From: an uncultured Gemmatimonadales bacterium
Lineage (GTDB): Bacteria; Gemmatimonadota; Gemmatimonadetes; Longimicrobiales; Gaopeijiaceae
Length of the DNA stretch: 64,000 nt
Assembly (NCBI GenBank): GCA_963809895.1
Contig: CAWELD010000004.1
Coordinates: forward strand, 128,001 to 192,000
Direction: 5' to 3'
Shown: piece by piece, positions 40,516-50,182 of the stretch
How the letters are laid out: each line of letters starts with the position of its first letter
How positions within the stretch are numbered: the first letter of the stretch is position 1
Made by a program: the position numbers and the translations under genes
Notes under the pieces: model-generated
The model's input: the letters and a program-made list of their open reading frames with translations, nothing else
The model's database searches: none
Told to the model about the DNA's origin: nothing

Positions 40516-41013
40516 ATGCGAGCCGTCTTCGTCACGCCTCTGTGCGCACTGTCCGTCGCCCTCGCCGGGTTTGCGGGCCTTACCCCCGTGCAGGCCGAGG
40601 CGCAGGCCACGTTCGCAGTCACGGTCGGTGCGGGCTACGCGGTCGCAGACCCCCATGGATCCGGGGCGGTCGTCGCTACGCTGGAGCTGAACGGCCCCGG
40701 CCGGCTCGGGCTCCGGGCCTCCGCCGCGCGTGCGGTGGATGCCTTCTTCACGACCGCCGAGGCCCGCCTGGACCTGGAGACCGGCGTGTCCCTCTTCGTG
40801 CCCTACCTGGTGGCCGGTGGAGGCGTGGCCTTCCGGTCAGGCGCCGAGCGAGGCGTGCTGGCCGCGGGCGGCGGTCTCCGCACCCGCGTGAACGCCCGCA
40901 TCGATCTCTTCACCGAAGCCCGGCTGCTCGCCGTGTCCAACGAGGAGACCCGCAATCGCCCGGTACCCATCGTGGCCGGCGTCCGCATCCGCCTGGGCAG
41001 GGCGGCGCGCTAG
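40516..41013 (+). CDS. Small outer-membrane beta-barrel protein
   Basis: Signal peptide, alternating beta strands, PYLVAGGG, AGGGLR, AGVRIRL. Confidence 0.75.
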   Translation: MRAVFVTPLCALSVALAGFAGLTPVQAEAQATFAVTVGAGYAVADPHGSGAVVATLELNGPGRLGLRASAARAVDAFFTTAEARLDLETGVSLFVPYLVAGGGVAFRSGAERGVLAAGGGLRTRVNARIDLFTEARLLAVSNEETRNRPVPIVAGVRIRLGRAAR

Positions 41014-41077
41014 CGCCCACCGGCGCGATTCTTGAAGCGGTAGTGAGGGTGCTGCCTCCTTCCACAGGAGCGACACC

Positions 41078-41464
41078 ATGCTCATTCCCAGCCTCGCGGC
41101 TTTTTCGGCGCCGGCCCTCTTCCTGCTTCGCCTCATGCTGGCCCTGGTCTTCGCCTCCAGCGGCTGGTCCCACCTGACCTCGCCAAACGATCGCGCCGAG
41201 AGCATCGGTATGTCGGTGCCCTTCACGGCGGCGCTCGGCGCCGGAGAGCTGGCCGCGGCGGGGGCCCTGGTTCTGGGGATCTACCCTCAGATCGCGGGAC
41301 TCCTGCTCGTGGCGATCATGTGCGGCGCGGTCTACAAGAAGCTCTTCGTATGGCACACGGGCTTGTGGGGCGACCAGGCCCAGGGCTGGTACTACGACCT
41401 GTTGTATCTCGTTGGCAGCCTCGTCATCGTGACCACGGGCGGCGGAGCCTGGGCCCTGACCTGA
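41078..41464 (+). CDS. DoxX family membrane protein
   Basis: LLRLMLALVFASSG, GE..A..LVLG, GWYYDL, GGGAWAL; AGGAG RBS. Confidence 0.88.
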   Translation: MLIPSLAAFSAPALFLLRLMLALVFASSGWSHLTSPNDRAESIGMSVPFTAALGAGELAAAGALVLGIYPQIAGLLLVAIMCGAVYKKLFVWHTGLWGDQAQGWYYDLLYLVGSLVIVTTGGGAWALT

Positions 41465-41552
41465 CCTGACCCCGCCCGGGGCGTTTGCCGAACCGCCCTC
41501 GCCAGGGCACTGTTAGCCCTGTCCAGGAACGTGACCCTGCCAGACCGCGGAC

Positions 41553-44500
41553 ATGGCCGACCCCACTCAGGACAGTGAGCGCTGGCGGCGGATCGACGCA
41601 CTTTTCGCCGCCGTGCTGGAGCGACCCGAAGGGGAGCGCGAGGCCTTTCTCGAGGCCGAGTGTGACGACCCTGAGCTCCGCCGCCAGGTGCGTCTTCTCC
41701 TGCGGGCCGAGGCGGAATCCCGCACGCATCTGGATCGGAGCATTCTGACTCCACGCGCGCTGATGGACGCGCTGGAAGAGGATCTGGACTCCGCGGATCC
41801 CACCCGTCCGGGGGCCGACGGCGGGGCCGACCGCACCGGAGAGCGCGTCGGCCCCTACGAGTTGGAGCGCCTCCTGGGCGAAGGGGGGATGGCCCGCGTC
41901 TATCTCGCCCGCCGTGTGGAGGGGGGATTCGAGCAGAAGGTCGCGGTGAAGCTGATTCGCGGGGGCCTGAGCTCAGCGGAGGTGGTGCGCCGCTTCCGCG
42001 CCGAGCGCGACATCCTGTCCGGGCTACGCCATCCCAACATCGCGCGGCTGCTGGACGGCGGCGCCACGGCGGACGGACAGCCGTACCTGGTCATGGAGCC
42101 GGTGGACGGGATTCCGGTGACCCGCTACACGGCCCGGCACGACCTCGATGTCGAGGCGACGCTCTGGGTCTTCCTGGAGATCTGTCAGGCCATCGCCTAC
42201 GCGCACCGAAACCTGGTCGTCCACCGTGACATCAAGCCGTCCAACATCCTCGTCACCGACGAGGGACGGGTCATGCTGCTGGACTTCGGCATCGCCAAGC
42301 TGCTGGACGACGACTCGGACGGCGACCTGACGCTGACGCGAGCCGCGTGGATGACCCCGGGCTACGGCGCGCCGGAGCAGATCCAGGGTGGGAGCGTCAC
42401 CACAGGCACCGACGTCTATCAACTCGGCGTCCTCCTCTACGAGCTGCTCAGCGGCCGACAGCCCTTCGACGTGGAGGGCCGTTCCACGTACGAGATCGCG
42501 CGCGCCATCTGCGAGCAGGACCCCCAGCGTCCGTCGGCGGTGGAAGGGGCCCGCGGCAAGCGCCTCGGTGGCGACCTCGACGCCATCGTCATGAAGGCGA
42601 TGCGCAAGGAGCCCGAAGAGCGCTACGCCTCGGTGGAGGCCATGGCGAGCGACGTGCGCCGCTACCTGACCGCCGAGCCCATCGAAGCCCGCAAGGGCAG
42701 CCGAGCGTATCGCGCCCGGAAGTTCGTGCGGCGGAACCGCGGGGCCGTGGCGGCCGCGGCCGGGTTCGCCCTGCTCCTGTCGGCCTACGCCGTGACGGCG
42801 ACGGTCCAGGGCCGGCGCATCGCCCGGGAGCGTGACCGGGCCCGCAACGAAACCGACAAGGCCACCCAGGTCACCGCCTTTCTCACGAGCCTCATGGAGG
42901 CCGACGACCCGCGCGAGGCGCAGGGGGACACGGTGACCGTGCGCGAGGTGCTGGAGCGAGGCGTCCAGCGTATCGGCGGCGAGTTGGGCGACCAGCCCGA
43001 CGTCCAGGCCGAGCTCTACCTCACCACGGGCTCGGTCTATCTGACCATGGGCGACCTGGTGGCTGCCGATTCCCTGCTGGGCCGCGCCCTGGAGATCCGA
43101 CGAGGCCTCTACGGCGAAGGCCCCGACGAGGAACTCGCCGAGGTGGAGGTGCAGCTGGGCCGATTGCGCATCGAGCAGGCGCGCTTCGACGAGGCGGAGA
43201 CGCTCATGCGCTCCGCGCTGGACCAGCGCCGGGCCCTCAACCCGGCCGGCAGCGAAGCCATCGCCGACGACATGGTGGAGCTGGCCAGCGTGCTTCGCCA
43301 ACGAGGGCACCACGACCGGGCCGAAGCGCTGTTCAAGGATGCGCTGGCCATGTACGAGGCCCTGGACGCCCCACCGCGAGCGTCCATCGCCATCACGCGG
43401 AACAACCTGGCCCTGTCGTATCACGAGCGGGGCCGACTCGCCGAGGCGATGCCGCTCTACGAGCAGGCGGTGGAGGAGCTCCTGGACACCCTCGGTCCGA
43501 AGCACCCGTACACGCTCATCCTGGAGCACAATCTGGCCGGGCTCAACCGGACTCTGGGACGGTACGCCACCGCCGATTCCCTCTTCGAGGCCGAAACGGC
43601 GGTGGAGCGAGAGGTACGGCCCGGCAGCCCGGACCTGGCAGCCGGCATCGCGAACCTGGGCATGACGCAGCGCCTGCGCGGCGAGTACCAGGCCGCGGAA
43701 GCCAGCCTCCGGGAGGCGCTGGACATCCTGCGGCCCCTGGGCCGGACCCACCCGTCGGTGACGCTCCGCATGACCAATCTGGCGCAGGTGTACATCGACG
43801 AGGGTCGCTTCGAGACCGCCGACTCCATCCTGCGCGACCTGCGTCGACGGCGGGTCGAGGCCGCGGGCCCCGACGGCGAGATCACGCCCATGGTACAGAC
43901 GGGTGTGATGTATCGTGACCAGGGGCGCTACGGCGAGGCGGAGCGCATCCTGCGTGAGGCGTTGGCCCGGCGAAGGCAGCAGTTCGACGCCCCCCATCCC
44001 GCCATCGCGGAGGCGGAGGAAGAGCTGGGCCTGACTCGCTGGGCCGCGGGAGACCTGACCGCGGCCGACAGCATCCTCCGGCAGGCGCTGGCCATGCGGC
44101 GAGCCCTCACCGACGACCCCTTCGCCGCCGCCGAGCTCATGACCTGGATGGCCGACCTGGAGCGGGAGCGCGGTGAGCTGGACGAGGCGGACCACCTGCT
44201 GAACGGTGTGGACAGCCTGACCGCCGAGGTCCCTCCAGGCACCGTGTACCGTGCCAAGCTCGACTTCGGGCGAGCCCGCGTCATGCTGGCCCGGGGGCAG
44301 GCACAGGAGGCGTTGGACCTGTTGGAGGCCATCCGCCCGTGGTACGAGCGCCAGTACACCCGCCAGCACCCCGGGCGGGCCGAGATGCTGGGTGTCGAGG
44401 GCGAGGCCCTGGCCGCGCTGGGCCGGCTGCAGGACGCCGAGCCGCTCCTCATGGCCAGCGACTCGGTGCTCAGCCACGGCACGCCGAGAGAACGCCGCCT

Positions 44501-44573
44501 GTCGGCGGAGCGGATGGAGCGCTACCGGGCCGCCCTCAGCGCCCCGCAGGGCGGGTCCACGCCACGATCGTGA
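41553..44573 (+). CDS. Hanks-type Ser/Thr kinase with TM segment and TPR repeats
   Basis: GEGGMARV, VAVK, HRDIKPSN, DFG, APE; TM helix; repeated NNLA/AEALF/EAL TPR units. Confidence 0.95.
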   Translation: MADPTQDSERWRRIDALFAAVLERPEGEREAFLEAECDDPELRRQVRLLLRAEAESRTHLDRSILTPRALMDALEEDLDSADPTRPGADGGADRTGERVGPYELERLLGEGGMARVYLARRVEGGFEQKVAVKLIRGGLSSAEVVRRFRAERDILSGLRHPNIARLLDGGATADGQPYLVMEPVDGIPVTRYTARHDLDVEATLWVFLEICQAIAYAHRNLVVHRDIKPSNILVTDEGRVMLLDFGIAKLLDDDSDGDLTLTRAAWMTPGYGAPEQIQGGSVTTGTDVYQLGVLLYELLSGRQPFDVEGRSTYEIARAICEQDPQRPSAVEGARGKRLGGDLDAIVMKAMRKEPEERYASVEAMASDVRRYLTAEPIEARKGSRAYRARKFVRRNRGAVAAAAGFALLLSAYAVTATVQGRRIARERDRARNETDKATQVTAFLTSLMEADDPREAQGDTVTVREVLERGVQRIGGELGDQPDVQAELYLTTGSVYLTMGDLVAADSLLGRALEIRRGLYGEGPDEELAEVEVQLGRLRIEQARFDEAETLMRSALDQRRALNPAGSEAIADDMVELASVLRQRGHHDRAEALFKDALAMYEALDAPPRASIAITRNNLALSYHERGRLAEAMPLYEQAVEELLDTLGPKHPYTLILEHNLAGLNRTLGRYATADSLFEAETAVEREVRPGSPDLAAGIANLGMTQRLRGEYQAAEASLREALDILRPLGRTHPSVTLRMTNLAQVYIDEGRFETADSILRDLRRRRVEAAGPDGEITPMVQTGVMYRDQGRYGEAERILREALARRRQQFDAPHPAIAEAEEELGLTRWAAGDLTAADSILRQALAMRRALTDDPFAAAELMTWMADLERERGELDEADHLLNGVDSLTAEVPPGTVYRAKLDFGRARVMLARGQAQEALDLLEAIRPWYERQYTRQHPGRAEMLGVEGEALAALGRLQDAEPLLMASDSVLSHGTPRERRLSAERMERYRAALSAPQGGSTPRS

Positions 44574-44576
44574 CGC
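44520..44576. repeat. Direct repeat, copy 1 (57 bp), containing the kinase 3' end
   Basis: CGCTACCGGGCCGCCCTCAGCGCCCCGCAGGGCGGGTCCACGCCACGATCGTGACGC; differs from 44905-44960 by two substitutions and one indel. Confidence 0.95.
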
Positions 44577-44667
44577 CCATAACGCCATGGTGCCGCCCGC
44601 ACCGTCATGCGTTGTTGAGGCGAGGATGTCGCTCCGGTGCGACTCGAGGGGTCGTCCGCGACAGTTC

Positions 44668-44763
44668 GCCGATTCAACTCGCTGAGCGAGTCGTGCTCGA
44701 CATGTCGACGAACCGGCCCACCACGCTTCTACGGATTCAACTCGCTCAGCGAGTCAAATCGGC
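44668..44763. repeat. Pair of palindromic REP-like units
   Basis: GATTCAACTCGCT(G/C)AGCGAGTC at 44671-44692 and 44734-44755; perfect palindrome TCGACATGTCGA at 44697-44708. Confidence 0.85.
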
Positions 44764-44904
44764 CAATTGTCATCCAGGGGGCCTCCAGTGGCCCGTACGC
44801 GTCACCTGCGCCGCGACCGACCTGTGCGGTATCGGCTCCCCCTGGACCCCCTCCTGCTGGCGCTCTCGTCCGGACTCATCCTCGCTGTGGTCGGTCCCGC
44901 GCTC

Positions 44905-44960
44905 CGCTACCGGGCCGCCTCAACGCCCCGCAGGCCGGGTCCACGCCACGATCGTGACGC
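44905..44960. repeat. Direct repeat, copy 2 (56 bp), containing the 3' end of the convergent gene
   Basis: CGCTACCGGGCCGCCTCAACGCCCCGCAGGCCGGGTCCACGCCACGATCGTGACGC. Confidence 0.95.
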
Positions 44961-45675
44961 AGGGGCTACCGGCAGGGTCGTAGAACTCGGCCGGCGTCTC
45001 CAGCGCCTTGTAGACTTCCACGGCCTCCAACTCCCAGCCCGGCAACTCCTTGAGCTCGAGTTGGCTCCAGGCCTTGTTCCGCTCGACGCCGTCGACCCAG
45101 ACCTTCGGTTGGCACGTCCCGCCCCGGAAGCGCAGGAGGACGTCGCCCAGCCCCGATGAGCGGGTGTTGCGCACGTGAATGCCCGGGACCTCGCGCAGCA
45201 CGTCACCCAGATTGCGGGGGTGCAGGAGCTCGAGTTGATCGCGGGTGAAGAAGCGACCGAAAGCGACCTCGCGGCGGTACTCGAAGCCCTGCATCTGGCG
45301 CAGCCGACGCGACGGGCGCACGGTCACCTCGATGGGATCCAGCGCCAGCGCCTCCACCGAGACGCGGATCTCGACCTGCACGCTCCTGGCGGCCACGAGT
45401 TGGACCGCCACCTCCCGGTCCTCGTACGCGAGATGGGAGACCGACACGACGGCCGCTCCCGGCGCAAGCTCTTCGAAGGCGAAGAAGCCGCTGACGGAGG
45501 TGAGCACGGAGCGCTCACCCACATGCACCTCCGCCCCTTCCACCGGAGCTCCGGTGGCTTCGTCCAGCACGTGGCCATAGAGCGACGCCGAGCGGTCCGG
45601 CGCCTCCTGGGGCCGAGCGTGCGCGGGCGCGGCCAGGATCAGGGCTCCGGCGACAACGAGACTGTATCGCAGCAT
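44920..45675 (-). CDS. Secreted protein with carboxypeptidase-regulatory-like and TonB-plug-like domains, no barrel
   Basis: Signal peptide, GHVLDEATGAPVEGAEV, LREVPGI, CQPKVWVDG, EAVEVYK, CVTIVAWTR. Confidence 0.82.
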   Translation of the reverse strand: MLRYSLVVAGALILAAPAHARPQEAPDRSASLYGHVLDEATGAPVEGAEVHVGERSVLTSVSGFFAFEELAPGAAVVSVSHLAYEDREVAVQLVAARSVQVEIRVSVEALALDPIEVTVRPSRRLRQMQGFEYRREVAFGRFFTRDQLELLHPRNLGDVLREVPGIHVRNTRSSGLGDVLLRFRGGTCQPKVWVDGVERNKAWSQLELKELPGWELEAVEVYKALETPAEFYDPAGSPCVTIVAWTRPAGR

Positions 45676-45799
45676 CGGCCCTCCCGATGGATCTTTCGGG
45701 TGGTTTGCCTCTATAGACGTGGCCCGGGTAGTTTCCTTTCATCCCTCCCGCGGGTCGCTGTCGCTACCCGGCCGTCCGGCCACGCCAAACGATCGAGCC

Positions 45800-46999
45800 A
45801 TGAGCAGTCACGACCGCACACCGTTCCCCGCCGTCAGGATCCCCTACGGCACCTGGGGCAGCAGCTACTTCCCGGCCTGGCAGACCTCGGCCCTGGCCGA
45901 AGTCAACATCGGTCAGTTCGCGGGTGAATCCATGGCCCGCATCCTGGGCCTCCGGGGGGTGCCCAAGAGCGAGCTCGAGTATCTCGTCATCGGCTCCACC
46001 ATCCCCTGGCACTGGAAGTTCTGGACCGCGCCGCTGGTGGCGAGCTGCATGGGTCACCGCATTCCCGGCTACCACGTGGAGCAGGCCTGTGCCACGGGGC
46101 TGCAGGCGGTACTGGCTGGAAGCGGTGAGGTCCAGTCCGGTGCCAACGACGTGGTGGGCGTGCTCACCTTCGACCGCACAAGCGACTCGCCGGTGGGCGT
46201 CTTCCCCGAGCGCCGAGCCCACGAGCGCACCCAGGCCATCGCCGACGTGTGGGACAACTTCGGCTTCGACCCGGCCACGGGCAAAGCCATGATCACCGCC
46301 GCCGGCATCACGGCCCGCAAGTACAAGGTGGACCGCGAGGAGACCGACGACGTGGCGTACCTGCGCCATCAACAGTACTTCCAGGCCCGCGACTCGGGCT
46401 TCCTGGACCGGGTGCTGGTGCCCTTCGACGTGCTCAACGTGTCGGGACGGCCCCTGGGACGCGTGGACGACGACGTGGGTGTGCGCCAGGTGACGCGCGC
46501 GGGTCTGAAGGCGCAGCGGGAGCTGGACACCTGCGTCACCAGCGGTACCCAGACCCATGCCTCCGACGGCGTGGCCACCCTCCTGGTCACCACCGAAGAC
46601 AAGGCCCGCGAGCTGAGCCCCCGCCCGGAGATCGACATCCGCATCCTGGGCAAGGCCGAGACCCGCACGGAGCCGAGCCTCATGCCCGAGGCCCCGGCGT
46701 TGGCGGTCCAGAAGCTGCTGACCCGGCTCGGCATGACCATGGACGACGTGGCGGTGGCCAAGAACCACAATCCCTTCGCCGTCAACGACGTGGTCTTCAC
46801 CAGGATCACCGGCTACGACTGGCGTGGGCTCAACAACACGGGCTGCTCCCTGGTCTGGGGCCATCCCCAGGGACCCACCCTGACCCGGGTGGTCATCGAG
46901 GGACTCGAAGAAGCCGTGGATCTGGGGGGAGGCAACGTCCTGGTGTTCGGATGCGCCGCGGGCGACGTGGGCATCGCCGCCCTCTTCCAGGTCTCGTGA
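45800..46999 (+). CDS. Thiolase family protein with atypical HNPF and GHPQ motifs
   Basis: EQACATG, NHNPFAVND, WGHPQGPT, GCAAGD. Confidence 0.88.
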   Translation: MSSHDRTPFPAVRIPYGTWGSSYFPAWQTSALAEVNIGQFAGESMARILGLRGVPKSELEYLVIGSTIPWHWKFWTAPLVASCMGHRIPGYHVEQACATGLQAVLAGSGEVQSGANDVVGVLTFDRTSDSPVGVFPERRAHERTQAIADVWDNFGFDPATGKAMITAAGITARKYKVDREETDDVAYLRHQQYFQARDSGFLDRVLVPFDVLNVSGRPLGRVDDDVGVRQVTRAGLKAQRELDTCVTSGTQTHASDGVATLLVTTEDKARELSPRPEIDIRILGKAETRTEPSLMPEAPALAVQKLLTRLGMTMDDVAVAKNHNPFAVNDVVFTRITGYDWRGLNNTGCSLVWGHPQGPTLTRVVIEGLEEAVDLGGGNVLVFGCAAGDVGIAALFQVS

Positions 47000-47012
47000 G
47001 GAGAATCGGACC

Positions 47013-49144
47013 ATGGTGAAGACTCAGGAGCAACCGACCCGCGAGGCCGCCGCCGTCACCAGCATGCGGCAGCCCACCCTGGCCACCCTGGGCCTGGGCA
47101 CCGTGCTGGACATCTTCCGCAACGGCGCTCTGCCCGCCGACGCCGCCGCGCTCATCGACGAGGTCTTCGGACCACCCGACGCCCGGGGCGCCATGGTCAT
47201 CTCCGGCGCCAACGGCATCGTGGGCGCCGGCAAGACCATGCAGTTCTCGGCGCGGCTCGAGCCCTTCGGCGTGCCCGTGGTGGCGCTGGACTTCCCCGGC
47301 GCGCCCGACGGCATCGGACGACAGTATCCCGGACTCGTGCGCGGCTTCGGCAAGGAGGGCGCCGACCGCATCATGGCCAACGTGGTGCGCCTCACCTACG
47401 ACGGGCGCACGCTGCCCGACGAGCTCCAGGCGCTGAGGCCCCGCTTCCTCCTGGAGGCCGTCCCCGAGATCCTCGAGGTGAAGCGGGCCCACTACGCCAT
47501 CTTCCGCGAGTCCTTCCCGGACATCGAGATCCGCTCGGTCACGTCGGGCTTTCCGAGCTCGGAGCTGGGAGTGGGGATCGCCCATCCGGCCTTTCCCCAC
47601 GAGATCAACAAGATCTTCGAGGTGGTGGAGGACGAGCCGTCGGCGGTGACGCAGCTCCTGTGGGCGCTGGGACTCGTCCCCCTGCCCGTGGGCGATCAGT
47701 GGTCCTTCATTCTGGACGTGCTCTTCTGCGGCGTGACGCTGGCGGGACTGCGCTATCACCGCGCCAGCAACATGCCCTTCTGGAAGATCGACAAGCTCAT
47801 CCGGAAGCTGGTGGGGCCCAACCCCTTCCGGGCCCACGACGCCATCGGCGCCAAGGGTGCGGACTTCCTCACCTGGTCGTGCCTGCACCATCTGGCCGGG
47901 ACCTACGGCGAGCTCTTCACGCCCACGCCCGAGCTCGTCGAACGCAAGGATACGGGGCAGGACTGGTATCCCCCCAACCACTTCCGGCCCCTGGTGGACT
48001 GGAGCCTGGAATCCGGGGCCGAAGAGGAGTTCCGGGCCTGGATCCTCGGACCCCTCTACCAGATGACCAGCCTCATGCTGCACGAAGATCGGGGCCACCT
48101 CACCCACATGAACGCCATCGGCGAGCTGTGCGCCCAGTTCCGGCAGCGGCATCCTCGCCATGATGCGCGACGAGGGCCCCGACGCCGTGGTCGCCACCGT
48201 GGAGCGCTACCACGAGCTGCATCCGGCGGCCGCCGAGGGGGATTCCTGGTATCCCGACGCGGTGCAGCGACATGGACTCGCCCGAGTGGCAGCAGCTCTA
48301 CGTCAACGCCGAGCACGACGGCACAGTGGGCGTGGTCACGCTCAGCCGCGAGAGCTACTACTGGGACGTCGATGGCGAGCTCAATCGGGCGCTGGATTGG
48401 CTCCGCGACGAAGGCATCGAGCGCGTCATCGTCACCGGTGACTTCCACATCTCCACCCAGATGGTGGGCGCCGACACCGCCGAGTTCTTCCCGGCGTTGG
48501 AAGACGTCGAGGCCGGGCGGGCCATCACCAACGGCTGGTCGCGGACCGCCCGCCGCCTCAATGACGACTTCCAGGTGTCGGTGGCCATGATCCCCGGCAA
48601 GCGCTGTCTCGGGGGGATGCTCGAGCTGCTCATGCACTGCCACTACCTGGTGGCGGTGGAGGACACGCGCCTGGGGTGGCCCGAGGTCACGCTACCCGTG
48701 GTCCCGGGGATGGAGGGCTGCCACTGGGCCCTGCGCAGGGCGCCCGAGGAGGCCTGGCCGCGTCTGCTCCGCATGCTTCTCACCGGACGCCCCGTTTCGG
48801 CCACCGACGCCGTGGGCTGGCTCGCCGACGCCGCGCTGCCGCTGAAGGAGGCGGTGGGCCTGGCCTGGCGCCTCGCTCGCGGAGACGACGACGGTGTGGC
48901 GAAGCGCCCGCTGCGCGAGGAGCCCCTGGGGGCCATCGAGTGGCCCGAAGGACTGCCGGAAGCGGACAGCCCCGCCATGGCGGCGGCCCGGGAAGCCATC
49001 CTCGACTGTGCCAGACAGGCCGGGGGCGTGTCGCTGGCCGATGCGTTGGAGCTGCAGGCGCGGCTGGCCGCGGACTTCCTGGCGGGCCCGGTGTGCCGCC
49101 AGGGAGCTGTGGGCGCCGAATACGCGAAGACGATGAAGGTCTGA
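47013..49144 (+). CDS. 3-hydroxyacyl-CoA dehydrogenase-like / enoyl-CoA hydratase-like fusion; frameshifts near 48143 and 48268
   Basis: GANGIVG, LEAVPEILEVK, SVTSG, IAHPAFP in the N-terminal part; VGAD, CLGGMLEL, GWPEVTLPVVPG in the C-terminal part; ORFs 47013, 48160 and 48272 join by successive +1 shifts. Confidence 0.8.
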
Positions 49145-49250
49145 AAGCAGCGGAGCGGCTGCGACTCGCCCAGCTCCACCGGCACGGATCGTGCGCGCCC
49201 GTTCGGGGCTAGCATAGAAGCGAGGCCTTCTTCACCTGGACGGCGACACC

Positions 49251-50102
49251 ATGGACGATCGACGAGACACTCCCGGAGGCCCGCAGGACCAGCCTCTCTT
49301 CGAGTCCGCGCGCCGCAGGCGCCAGTCCCGCAGGTCCCCCGTGGCCGCCATCGTGGGGCTCATCGTCGTGCTGGTGCTGGGGGGATTGGGATGGTGGTGG
49401 TATCGCTCGCAAGGTGGCGAGCCCGGTCCGACGGGACCGCTGGCGGCCGACACCATGGACACCTCCATGGCCGAGGCCCCGGAGGCGCCGCCGCTGGACC
49501 TCCCGGAGCTGGACGCCAGCGACGAGCTCGTCCGCAGGCTCGTATCGGGGTTGTCGGCACGCCCGCAGTTGGCGTCGTGGGTCGTCACCGACGATCTGGT
49601 CCGCCGCTTCGTCATCTCCGTGGTGAACGTGGCGCAGGGCCAGAGCCCCGCCTCGCATCTGCCCTTCCTGGCGCCGGCGGATTCGTTCCGTGTCCTCACC
49701 GGCAACGGCAGCTTGTTGGTGGACTCGGCTTCGTTTCACCGCTACGACCTGCTGGCCGAGACGCTCGTCTCGCTGGACACGCGGGGCACCGCTCGCCTGT
49801 ATCATCAGCTCCTGCCGCTCATGCAGGAGGCGTACGGCGAGCTCGGCATCCCGGACCAGAGCTTTCAGGAGACGCTGGCGCTGGCGTTCGGGCGCCTGCT
49901 GGACGTTCAGGTCCCCGAGGGCCCGGTGGAGCTGACCCCCACCGGCGCCGTGTACGGCTTCTCCGACCCGCAGCTGGAAGCCATGACCCCGGTGGAGAAA
50001 CAGATGCTCCGCCTGGGCCCGGCCAATGCGCGCCGGGTCCAGGCGAAGCTCCGTCAGCTGGCGAACGCCATGGGCGTGACGCCGGTGACGCCCGAGGGCT
50101 GA
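49251..50102 (+). CDS. DUF3014 family membrane-anchored protein
   Basis: TM helix, LPELDASD, SFHRYD, LMQEAYGELG, YGFSDPQLE, KQMLRLGPANA. Confidence 0.85.
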   Translation: MDDRRDTPGGPQDQPLFESARRRRQSRRSPVAAIVGLIVVLVLGGLGWWWYRSQGGEPGPTGPLAADTMDTSMAEAPEAPPLDLPELDASDELVRRLVSGLSARPQLASWVVTDDLVRRFVISVVNVAQGQSPASHLPFLAPADSFRVLTGNGSLLVDSASFHRYDLLAETLVSLDTRGTARLYHQLLPLMQEAYGELGIPDQSFQETLALAFGRLLDVQVPEGPVELTPTGAVYGFSDPQLEAMTPVEKQMLRLGPANARRVQAKLRQLANAMGVTPVTPEG

Positions 50103-50146
50103 GGGGCCGGGAAGACCCATGGTGACGTCCTTCCCGCATTTTTTCC

Positions 50147-50180
50147 TTGCGCCCCAGGTGTACTAGGCACCATAGTACGC
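50147..50180 (+). promoter_or_regulatory. Promoter with YtrA-type inverted-repeat operator
   Basis: TTGCGC (50147-50152), 18 nt, CATAGT (50171-50176); inverted repeat GTGTACTA-N7-TAGTACGC at 50158-50180. Confidence 0.7.
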
Positions 50181-50182
50181 CT

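Noticed and set aside
44671..44755. Two 22-bp palindromic repeats with a 41-bp spacer as a mini-CRISPR
   Set aside because: Only two short units, no AT-rich leader and no cas genes; the units fit an inverted pair equally well
48130..48280. Programmed frameshifting, or three separate genes, in the dehydrogenase-hydratase locus
   Set aside because: No slippery heptamer; same +1 pattern as the other indels; the pieces join into one continuous protein
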